13,532 bases of DNA. Source: Pseudomonadota bacterium. Lineage in GTDB: Bacteria > Bdellovibrionota_B > Oligoflexia > Oligoflexales > CAIMVM01. Position numbers and translations under genes: made by a program. Each line of letters begins with the position of its first letter. Positions within the stretch are counted from its first letter, which is position 1. The DNA is taken from NCBI GenBank assembly GCA_037142195.1, contig JBAXBA010000091.1, positions 1-13,532 of the forward strand, read 5' to 3'. Shown here one piece after another: positions 1 through 7,198 of the stretch. The notes under the pieces were generated by a model. It had not been told where the DNA came from. It searched no databases and saw nothing but the letters and a program-made list of their open reading frames with translations.

Positions 1-20
1 CCGACGGGATTCTAACCCGT
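1..20 (-). other. Degenerate tRNA/tmRNA-like T-arm fragment (possible att scar), cut by the window edge
   Basis: Minus strand reads ACGGG-TTAGAAT-CCCGT-CGG: a 5-bp stem with a 7-nt loop one base from the TTCGAAT T-loop. I could not fold a D arm, anticodon arm or 5' acceptor strand upstream. Confidence 0.4.
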
Positions 21-558
21 TGTCAAATGTGCACCTCGTGGCGCACCGAATATTCGCTCATATTACATGGGATTATTCAGGTTTTGCGCAGGGCTTCGAT
101 TCAACGATCATAATAAAGCGACGCGCAAATTCATCCTGAGTGGGCGAGCCCATGATTGTACTTTGATTTTTAAGTGTGTTCTCTAAGAAACCTAAAAACG
201 GCTTAAATTCCGTCAAACGAAAGAACACTTAATTTCCATTTGCCTATCAAAAGCATCAAGAATATTAGCCTTGAAGCAAAGAATATGCCGGGAGCTGCTA
301 CACCCCTAGCCGGACTCAACCGTCCCTAGCTCTTTCTGTGTTATAATTACACATCTCCTCGCGATTCCTTTTCGGCAGGTGTAAGACCAAAAACTGCATC
401 TCCGCTAGCTGCAAGCCTGAAACTTAGGGGTCTGTAGGTGTTATAGGAATGCTTAAGTGTCTTTAGAGTGGATGAGGACTTTGCTAAAGGCCTTCCAAGG
501 ATCTCAATCTTGCATTCGCCTTGGATATTTTTCTGCGAAAGGCTCTTCTTCACCGGAG

Positions 559-578
559 GATTTCTATCTATAGAAATC
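559..578. promoter_or_regulatory. Palindrome, candidate operator upstream of the pentapeptide gene
   Basis: GATTTCTAT-CT-ATAGAAATC, perfect 9-bp arms, about 70 nt before the GTG start at 649. Confidence 0.3.
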
Positions 579-648
579 GTCGATTTAGTAAAGTTCTTGA
601 CCAGCCGGCGGTTTTCCATAATTCTATTTAAAAACACTGAGGTGCCTA

Positions 649-1374
649 GTGAGTGAGCCAATTAAGGGTGCTGAGTCTGATAATTCCGGAGTCCATGAAC
701 AAGTTCTCGATGTTATGATCTCTGCTCTTAAGGAGCATGAGTCTTCTAAGCATCTCTCCGATGAAGTGCTTCGCGACATCTGTTTTGAAGCCGTAGCCGA
801 TGATCGAATCCATGACCTCACATGGCTTGAAGGCAAACTGAGCGAAGCGAATGCGGCTCATGCAAAAAATGTTGTGGCCAATAAAGAGACGGAATCCTGG
901 AAGGAAGTACTCTCTAGAATTGAACCCGCTGAGCCTAAAGACGTGCAAAGCCCCGAGGAATTTAAGGATATACTTCGCCTCCATGAATCCTGGATGAATT
1001 CCGTTTTGGACCCCAAACGGGAAGTAGGAGCGGGACGGGCCAACTTGCGAGGGGCTAATCTCCAAGGGTTTGACATTCGCTACCAAAATTTAAGTTGCGC
1101 CGATTTACGGGATGCTAACTTGATGGGCGCCAATCTTGAAGGGGCTAATTTAGTTTCGGCTAAGCTTCAGGGAGCTAATCTTCAGGGTGCCATTTTAAAA
1201 AATGCTAAATTGCGTAGAGCTCAACTGGATGGCGCCGATCTCCGTGATGCGGAATATGAACTAGCAGACTGGAGAGGAGCCTCAGTAGCGGGAACTGTTT
1301 TAGAAGGCAAAGTGGATATTCAAGCTCCGAGGCTTTCCCGTTCCGACGCACCAGACAGCAAACCCAAACTTTAA
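649..1374 (+). CDS. Pentapeptide repeat-containing protein
   Basis: 241 aa. Tandem A(N/D/K)Lxx repeats (ANLRG ANLQG ... ADLRD ANLMG ANLEG ANLVS AKLQG ANLQG) follow an ILxxHxxW motif. GTG start with GAGG at 639-642. Confidence 0.9.
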   Translation: MSEPIKGAESDNSGVHEQVLDVMISALKEHESSKHLSDEVLRDICFEAVADDRIHDLTWLEGKLSEANAAHAKNVVANKETESWKEVLSRIEPAEPKDVQSPEEFKDILRLHESWMNSVLDPKREVGAGRANLRGANLQGFDIRYQNLSCADLRDANLMGANLEGANLVSAKLQGANLQGAILKNAKLRRAQLDGADLRDAEYELADWRGASVAGTVLEGKVDIQAPRLSRSDAPDSKPKL

Positions 1375-1380
1375 TTTATG

Positions 1381-1400
1381 TAACTGAGTTGTCTCAGTTA
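1381..1400. terminator. Hairpin between convergent genes, possible terminator
   Basis: TAACTGAG-TTGT-CTCAGTTA, 8-bp perfect stem, 6 nt after the stop at 1374. No good U-tract follows it on either strand. Confidence 0.4.
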
Positions 1401-1446
1401 AAAACTATAGAGGGACTTCCTGCTTCAGCCCCACAAAGTCAGCGGG

Positions 1447-1950
1447 CTACTTGGGAGTTTCTATCTTGATATTTATGTTCGTCGTACCACTGTCTGGCAC
1501 AATGCCGGCTGCAGATTTACACACGGGCATTTTCACAGAAATTCGAGGAGCGGCAATAAACCGCGAGACATCGCACGTAAGATCACCAAACTGGGTTTGG
1601 GCAATGATACGACCCGCGGAATCATACAACTTTGTTGCAATGTAATACGTTGCTCCGGCTTTCAAATCAGAAAAGGTCTTCTTTCCTGCTCTGCCGACTT
1701 TAAATGATTCGCCAAAATCCTCAAACGAATTCGGTTTAGAGCTAAATATTATGATTTCCACCGAAGCCACTGGCAGATCTTCGCCGCCTTCATATCCGTC
1801 AATAAACACATCAACAGGTTGACCCGTAAGTCTGGGCGCTCCCGTATCTATATCGATCGGTCTATCTGGACGAATATTTTTACGAGTGCAACCTAACAAC
1901 TGGAACAAGGTAATACTGCATATCCCGACCGCACTAGTGGTTAAACGCAT
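1447..1950 (-). CDS. Hypothetical lipoprotein
   Basis: 167 aa. Signal peptide ends in lipobox LLG-C. AGGAG RBS at 1957-1961 (minus strand). Starts 12 nt after the upstream gene's stop, so probably co-transcribed. Confidence 0.8.
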   Translation of the reverse strand: MRLTTSAVGICSITLFQLLGCTRKNIRPDRPIDIDTGAPRLTGQPVDVFIDGYEGGEDLPVASVEIIIFSSKPNSFEDFGESFKVGRAGKKTFSDLKAGATYYIATKLYDSAGRIIAQTQFGDLTCDVSRFIAAPRISVKMPVCKSAAGIVPDSGTTNINIKIETPK

Positions 1951-1962
1951 ATCGAACTCCTA

Positions 1963-2871
1963 CTACTTACATTCAAAAAAGCTAGGAGAAAGATAAATAG
2001 GCCCATTTTGAGCTTTACTTTTAGACTCAATGCTATTGCAGACTCGAATCATGTCGTTAAAATTTTCAATTTTTCCCATCGTATATAGGGCATTGGTGGT
2101 CGCCTGAGAAACCGTAAAGACTTTACCAGGCAATGCCGAACACCACTCAGCCGTAGAGGAAAAGAGAGCCGTTAAAGAAAACTTACACTCGCTTTCAAGA
2201 GTCTTGGTGCACTTGCAAGTGACCGTTTTTGTGGGAGTTCCTGTAGTAGCTGGTGGTTGCGGCTTAGCCGGAGTGGCGGGCGCTACAGGAATCTTTGACT
2301 GAGGAGTCTCGATGCTGACCGCTACGGAGGATACACCACCTACTAAGACCTTGGCCCCATCTCGACAGACCGGCACACCCACCTGATACTCGTCATTTTC
2401 AGCCTTAGCTATTTCATAATAGCCACAAGGAAAATCTGGCGACTTTGCTTTTAAGAGTTCCGTCTTGGCAAGTTCCACATTAGAGCTTGCATCCGAATAG
2501 ACTTGCAAAGCAAAGACATAGCCTTCGCCTTTTTTAAGCTTTATTTTTGAGGCCAAACTGGCTTCACCGCCAGATTTTGAAATCCTCAAACTACAAAATC
2601 CTTCCACTCCCAAGGACAATATATCACCGGATGTTAGGCAGTCTCTTTTTTTAACATAGGTACGGCTGATCCCGGATTTAAAAATGAATAGTCTAGCGCT
2701 TTCGGCACGCTTACCTGAGAATTCAACTTTGTTGACCTCATCTATAGAAGGCAATACTATCGAGGACAATCCGCTGTTTGCGCCTTCTGGATCTTGAGAG
2801 GGCCTAAGACTAGGAAAACATGCGGTGATGCTCACCACGGTGCAGGCAAAACCAACAAGCAAATGTCTCAT
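1963..2871 (-). CDS. Hypothetical lipoprotein with Pro/Thr linker and Cys-rich C-terminal domain
   Basis: Start revised from 2949 to ATG 2871 (GAGG RBS at 2877-2880; MRHLLVGFACTVVSITA-C lipobox). Linker PVAPATPAKPQPPATTGTPT. Six Cys in the C-terminal ~85 aa. Confidence 0.8.
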   Translation of the reverse strand: MRHLLVGFACTVVSITACFPSLRPSQDPEGANSGLSSIVLPSIDEVNKVEFSGKRAESARLFIFKSGISRTYVKKRDCLTSGDILSLGVEGFCSLRISKSGGEASLASKIKLKKGEGYVFALQVYSDASSNVELAKTELLKAKSPDFPCGYYEIAKAENDEYQVGVPVCRDGAKVLVGGVSSVAVSIETPQSKIPVAPATPAKPQPPATTGTPTKTVTCKCTKTLESECKFSLTALFSSTAEWCSALPGKVFTVSQATTNALYTMGKIENFNDMIRVCNSIESKSKAQNGPIYLSPSFFECK

Positions 2872-3021
2872 AAAAACCTCTCGTCTAAGTTTAATCAATT
2901 TGCAAACCATTTTAAGACTGCTGCTAATGACAATCGATTCATTATACAAATTTTTCTAAAGTTAGGAAACTAGGCGGGAAAATATCCATTTTTCGACGAT
3001 AAAGGCACTCTTAGGTCAAGA

Positions 3022-3068
3022 TGGCACTAGCATTGCCGGTTTCATGGCGCAATTATCGCCGTTTTTTT
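3022..3068 (+). promoter_or_regulatory. Sigma54-like -24/-12 motif with a degenerate tandem copy
   Basis: TGGCAC-TAGCA-TTGC at 3022-3036 matches TGGCAC-N5-TTGC. TGGCGC-AATTA-TCGC follows 23 bp later, then a T7 run. Confidence 0.35.
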
Positions 3069-3286
3069 ATGCTAAATCTCTCTCAAAAAGCTTTTCCTTC
3101 CTAATAGCTTTAAATCTCTGCTCGCCCTGAATTTTAGTGACGTGATAAAGGCCCACTCTCTCGTAGGTACTAGAGAATTAAAATCGTGGCGCAGGAATTT
3201 TTGGAGACCTAAGGAACCATTAGAGTGAAAAATAGACACCTTGGGCTACTTGAATTTAGTTTAATTTCAGCCGCCTAATTCGCCGA

Positions 3287-4456
3287 CTAAATGCCCTTTA
3301 GCCGCCTTCTCATAACTTCCTTCTTGAGAAGGGTAAGCTCTCGACCCGCCTGACCAGCAATGGAAGTGTTCTCTTGGGCTCTGCGAAACAAATAAGGCAG
3401 AACTTCCTTTAGAGGCCCATAGGGCACGTATTTAGCAACATTATATCCACTTAGCGCCAGAACGTTGGAAATGTGATCGCTCATACCCAGAAGCTGCGCA
3501 AAAAAGAAGCGGGGGTCGTTTTTTTCAATATGATGGACTTCCATCAAATTGACCAATTTTAGACTTGAAAACTCATTATGGGTTCCGGCGCAAATGCTGA
3601 AAATATCGCGGTTCTCTACACAATACTCCAACGCCAAGTTATAGTCCCTATCGGTGGAAAACTGATCGGGATGAATGGGAGAAGGCTGGTGGAACCGCAA
3701 GGCCCTCGCTCTCTCTTTTTCCATATAGGCACCTCTTACAACTTTCACCCCTACTTTATAACCACCTTCCAAAGCTTTGTTATGAAGCCCTATCAGGTAT
3801 TCCATTCTGTCGATACGGTACATCTGAAGTGTGGTGAAAATATAAGTTTCTTTTTGATTAAAACGTTTCATCATATCTTCGGCTATGCCATCAATCACAT
3901 CTTGAATCCAAGATTCTTCGGCATCTATAAAAATCTTTACTTTTGACTGTGCGGCATGCTGGCACAATGCCTCAATGCGATTTTTTGCTTCTGAAAATTC
4001 CTGTGCTTCTTCATTTGAAATAACTTCGAGATTTTGGATTTTTTCAAGAAGTTGAGGCCTAGCTAACCCAGACACCTTAAATACAGCGAAAGGAACCGCT
4101 TTAGCTCCTTTTGCCTGATCAATGGAGGACTTTAGCTCTTTTAGAACCAAATCCAGTGATTTCTTGTCAGAGATACCTTCCACACTATAATCCAAAATGG
4201 CGCCAATTCCCCGCCTGGCTAAGGATACGACAGTCTTCTGAGCATCTTCGATGGACTCACCGCCACAAAAATGAGAAAAAAGTGTCATGCGTATCAATCC
4301 AAGTACGGGCAGCCGAAAAAAAAGCATCAGAGCTATGATTTTAGGGCCCACAACAGCGAGAAAACGCAGGGACATCAGTAAAAAAAGCAGATTAGCTCTT
4401 TTTAATGCATTATTATCTAAATGAGAAAAAGCAATCTCCGAGCTATCAAACCGCAT
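3287..4456 (-). CDS. Monofunctional proline dehydrogenase (PRODH family)
   Basis: Motifs HFCGGE, LDYSVEG, DAEESWIQD, TLQMYR, KVVRGAY, GTHN, QLLGM, KYVPYG and YLFRRAQEN. No P5C-dehydrogenase domain. Start revised to ATG 4456 (GGAG RBS upstream; MRFDSSEIAF). Confidence 0.95.
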   Translation of the reverse strand: MRFDSSEIAFSHLDNNALKRANLLFLLMSLRFLAVVGPKIIALMLFFRLPVLGLIRMTLFSHFCGGESIEDAQKTVVSLARRGIGAILDYSVEGISDKKSLDLVLKELKSSIDQAKGAKAVPFAVFKVSGLARPQLLEKIQNLEVISNEEAQEFSEAKNRIEALCQHAAQSKVKIFIDAEESWIQDVIDGIAEDMMKRFNQKETYIFTTLQMYRIDRMEYLIGLHNKALEGGYKVGVKVVRGAYMEKERARALRFHQPSPIHPDQFSTDRDYNLALEYCVENRDIFSICAGTHNEFSSLKLVNLMEVHHIEKNDPRFFFAQLLGMSDHISNVLALSGYNVAKYVPYGPLKEVLPYLFRRAQENTSIAGQAGRELTLLKKEVMRRRLKGI

Positions 4457-4520
4457 TCCGTTTCTCCATGTCAGAAGGATGCCCAATATAGCGCAGATTG
4501 GGGTAGGCTCTCAATACCAA

Positions 4521-5115
4521 AGGCTTCTATTTTTATTTCCGACCAGAGGAGTCAAAGACTAGTCCCTAGGTTGCTAGGAGGGACACGAATCTTGGCCTAA
4601 TGGAAAGCCTGCGCCCCTCTCAAAAACACCTAGACGGGGAATATCACTCGTGACTCTCTGTTTTAGATCTGACCACTCAGAGGCGGAAAATGAAACACTT
4701 CCCTTCGCAGAATAGCCATGCGCCGTAATTTCGCGATCGGCATTATAGACTCTATAGCAAGTGCCATGATGAACTTCGGAATAGTTCCCGATCGGCATCA
4801 AATCAACCTGGAACTCACCTTTGGGATCAACCCAGTTGTTAGTATAAATCTCCTGGCATCTCTCGCGGGAAAGATCAAACCCGCCAAAACGAGTGGTTTC
4901 AGGAAGCAAATTGAGATAAGCAGTTACCGCTGCAGCTCCCCCCACTTGGGTTCCCTGGAGAAGTTCCACGGAAAAATCATCAGCTTCTTGCTCGATGGTA
5001 TATTGACCTAAACCAGTCTTATAGGCTCCCGCTAATATCTGACGAATCTCTTGGTCTACGGAAACATTTGCAGCTTCCCTATCTATTAACACTTTTTCCG
5101 TTAGACTTTTCGTTG
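4521..5115. repeat. Direct repeat copy 1 (~595 bp) of the 3' end and trailer of the M48-like gene
   Basis: Aligns to 6605-7198 at offset 2083. 4611-5078 is identical to 6694-7161 by eye; mismatches occur only near the ends. Confidence 0.97.
4559..5115 (-). pseudogene. Orphan C-terminal fragment of the M48-like peptidase
   Basis: Encodes TKSLTEKVLIDREAANV...EQEADDF...DSCPS*. Lacks the signal peptide and HELGH. Premature TAG at 4574-4576, 5 codons before the original stop position. An in-frame TGA lies just upstream of the junction. Confidence 0.85.
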
Positions 5116-5280
5116 AGCCTGCGCTGTGTCAGAACAATTTAGCAATTTACCTTCGAATATTGGCCCGAATTGCTTTGGAAAACCTGGAACGGACGCCGGA
5201 TTGCAAATCCATACGCTTCCGACAAGTACCCTAGACCCCATTGCTGCTTAAATTGAAATTTAAGAAGGCACCGGTTAATG

Positions 5281-5601
5281 TTATTCCCCACTGGCCTTCC
5301 TTGCCTGCTTTGCAAGAAAGTGACGATCAACACCGTCCTTCAAAAATGTCTTCATGACTGCTTGTCTAGAGATATTTAAGAACGTCGCTATCGCATCGAG
5401 CTCGTGTAGAAACGATTCGGTAACATCAACATTCACCTTCAAGATATCCTCGCGTGAAGTCATCTTATGCACTTCTCTCGGAGGCATGCGCTTTGGTTTT
5501 GAAAAGTACATACTTGTATCTTTGCCTTTAATCGCCATAGCTTCCATTTCATCGATAGTCACAGTTGCTGTTTTGCTTTTACCTTTAGATACCTTTTTCA
5601 T
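5281..5601 (-). CDS. brnA: BrnA/CopG-type ribbon-helix-helix antitoxin
   Basis: 106 aa with an RHH-like segment VNVDVTESFLHELDAIATFLNISRQAVMKTFL. Lies directly downstream of the BrnT-like gene and overlaps it by 17 nt. Confidence 0.8.
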   Translation of the reverse strand: MKKVSKGKSKTATVTIDEMEAMAIKGKDTSMYFSKPKRMPPREVHKMTSREDILKVNVDVTESFLHELDAIATFLNISRQAVMKTFLKDGVDRHFLAKQARKASGE

Positions 5602-5860
5602 AGATCTTCACCTCATTTTTAGTCGCTTTCCAGAGAGTTACAAACCATTCATATTCACCGTGGTCGTCATACCGGACTTCGATTATCAACGCAATTAATA
5701 CACCGCCCTTTGCAAATCCAATCGCTTTATATTGCTCTGGATTGTCATTCTTTGCTTGAATGACATACGGCCGTTTAAACATTTCAAGTGCATCGTTAAA
5801 GCCAATGCCGCGAGTTTGTTTCAGTAAATCATTCTTCGCAGAATTCCAACTAACCCTCAT
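5585..5860 (-). CDS. brnT: BrnT family (DUF497) type II toxin, ribonuclease
   Basis: 91 aa. WNSAKNDLLKQTRGIGFNDA matches the WDxxKNxxNxxKHGIxFxDA pattern; VTLWKATKNE resembles ISARKATxxE. Toxin-first gene order. GAGG RBS at 5868-5871. Confidence 0.9.
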   Translation of the reverse strand: MRVSWNSAKNDLLKQTRGIGFNDALEMFKRPYVIQAKNDNPEQYKAIGFAKGGVLIALIIEVRYDDHGEYEWFVTLWKATKNEVKIYEKGI

Positions 5861-5889
5861 GATAGGGCCTCATACTGGCATTCCGCAAG

Positions 5890-5931
5890 AGTATAACAGT
5901 TATGACTTAATAATGAAAGCAAATCATTATT
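5890..5931 (-). promoter_or_regulatory. Putative brnTA promoter with overlapping inverted repeats
   Basis: Extended -10 TGtTATACT (minus strand, 5890-5898). Palindrome ATAAC-A-GTTAT at 5893-5903. Inverted repeat AATAATGA-N7-TCATTATT at 5909-5931. Confidence 0.5.
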
Positions 5932-6015
5932 CGGCGACCGTGCCGTGCAGGAGTTCAAGATATCTTAAACTTTGGCCTATGAGTATTCATTCTCATTAAG
6001 CTAGAGCTGCACCGG

Positions 6016-6042
6016 AACAGCCCTTGGGGAGAGAGGGCTGTT
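6016..6042. other. Stem-loop upstream of the TA promoter
   Basis: AACAGCCCT-N9-AGGGCTGTT, 9-bp perfect stem. Confidence 0.35.
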
Positions 6043-6308
6043 TCTGACACTTCTTCCTCCTCATTCCTTATGATAATTCTTGAAACAATTTCTTTGGTCC
6101 AACGCTTGCTACTGCGGGACATGATCTAAAGGTCGCTCAATTGGTAATGGCTAAGCTCCCTTACCAGCTTATTAGAAATTCTGAATTTAAGGGACGACTT
6201 TATATTACTTTGGTTTCTTTACTGTAGTTACCCGATTTATATGAAACGATCATCAGCTATAATGGAAAAAATCAATTTTCTGGACGAATCATTTCAAAAT
6301 CTATTTTA

Positions 6309-6524
6309 AAACAGAGACAACTAAAAGCCATCACCCCCCGATTTTAGGCTCAGGCCATTGAGCTAGCCAACCATAAGATAAAACAATGTCGCAGAGCGCA
6401 AAGGATCTAGGAATACCAGTAGGTACTTTGCACTCCTGAGTTAGGAGAAATGAAAATGGAGAATGATCGTTACCTGAAGAAACTGTCGCTGCTGCCAAAT
6501 CGACAAAACATCCACTTCTTCTAG
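6309..6524 (+). pseudogene. Decayed IS3-family transposase OrfA (HTH) remnant
   Basis: Manual translation gives three segments. KQRQLKAITPRF*AQAIELA (TAG at 6345 where consensus EFK has K). After a frameshift, AKDLGIPVGTLHS*VRR (TGA at 6437 where the conserved W lies). After a second shift, EMKMENDRYLKK. These match the OrfA start, HTH and C-terminus in order. Confidence 0.65.
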
Positions 6525-6532
6525 CTTAAAGG

Positions 6533-6564
6533 CCCGTAGCATTTCTCACCCGTAGCATTTCTCA
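6533..6564. repeat. Perfect 16-bp tandem duplication
   Basis: CCCGTAGCATTTCTCA twice (6533-6548 and 6549-6564). Confidence 0.9.
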
Positions 6565-6604
6565 ATAGCTGCAGGAACAACTCTTGACCAGGAAGGGAGA
6601 TCTG

Positions 6605-7198
6605 AGGTTTCTACTTTATTTCCGACCAGAGGAGTCAAAGACTAGTACCTAGGTTGCTCAAAGGGACACGAATCTTGGCCTAATGAAAAGCCAGCGCCCC
6701 TCTCAAAAACACCTAGACGGGGAATATCACTCGTGACTCTCTGTTTTAGATCTGACCACTCAGAGGCGGAAAATGAAACACTTCCCTTCGCAGAATAGCC
6801 ATGCGCCGTAATTTCGCGATCGGCATTATAGACTCTATAGCAAGTGCCATGATGAACTTCGGAATAGTTCCCGATCGGCATCAAATCAACCTGGAACTCA
6901 CCTTTGGGATCAACCCAGTTGTTAGTATAAATCTCCTGGCATCTCTCGCGGGAAAGATCAAACCCGCCAAAACGAGTGGTTTCAGGAAGCAAATTGAGAT
7001 AAGCAGTTACCGCTGCAGCTCCCCCCACTTGGGTTCCCTGGAGAAGTTCCACGGAAAAATCATCAGCTTCTTGCTCGATGGTATATTGACCTAAACCAGT
7101 CTTATAGGCTCCCGCTAATATCTGACGAATCTCTTGGTCTACGGAAACATTTGCAGCTTCCATATCTACTAACACTTTTTCCGTAAGACTCTTCGATG
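6605..7198. repeat. Direct repeat copy 2 (3' end of the intact peptidase gene)
   Basis: Partner of 4521-5115. Confidence 0.97.

Noticed and set aside
120..152. c-di-GMP-I riboswitch-like GCAAA...GTGGGCG
   Set aside because: Lacks the GNRA tetraloop and the downstream GCAAAG/P3 elements.
1..360. Full tmRNA or tRNA on the minus strand
   Set aside because: No GGGG-type 5' end at the expected distance, no tag frame recognised and no cloverleaf.
347..661. Minus-strand 104-aa ORF (and + ORF 468-656)
   Set aside because: No recognisable motif or RBS, and it crowds the start region of the pentapeptide gene. A small real gene cannot be fully excluded.
5264..5279. Match GAAGGCACCGG(c)TTAAT to 8021-8037 in the peptidase gene
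   Set aside because: 11-mer matches are expected by chance in 13.5 kb, and the similarity does not extend.
6437..6439. TGA read as Trp (alternative genetic code)
   Set aside because: hrpB ends in TGA shortly after its conserved C-terminal motif, and the long genes contain Trp without internal TGA. This stop reflects pseudogene decay.
6450..6524. 24-aa small ORF behind AGGAG
   Set aside because: Better explained as the C-terminal part of the IS3 OrfA relic.
5116..6604. Integron cassette or autonomous integrative element
   Set aside because: No recognisable attC structure and no integrase or recombinase.
4718..7094. Duplicated 97-aa + strand ORFs and other antisense or nested ORFs in the track
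   Set aside because: Shadow frames of well-supported genes; their identity simply reflects the DNA repeat.
4521..7198. Diversity-generating retroelement template/variable repeat pair
   Set aside because: No reverse transcriptase in the window. The repeat is far longer than a typical template. Only 5 of 11 mismatches are A on the orphan's coding strand, and the many adenines in the 468-bp core are invariant.
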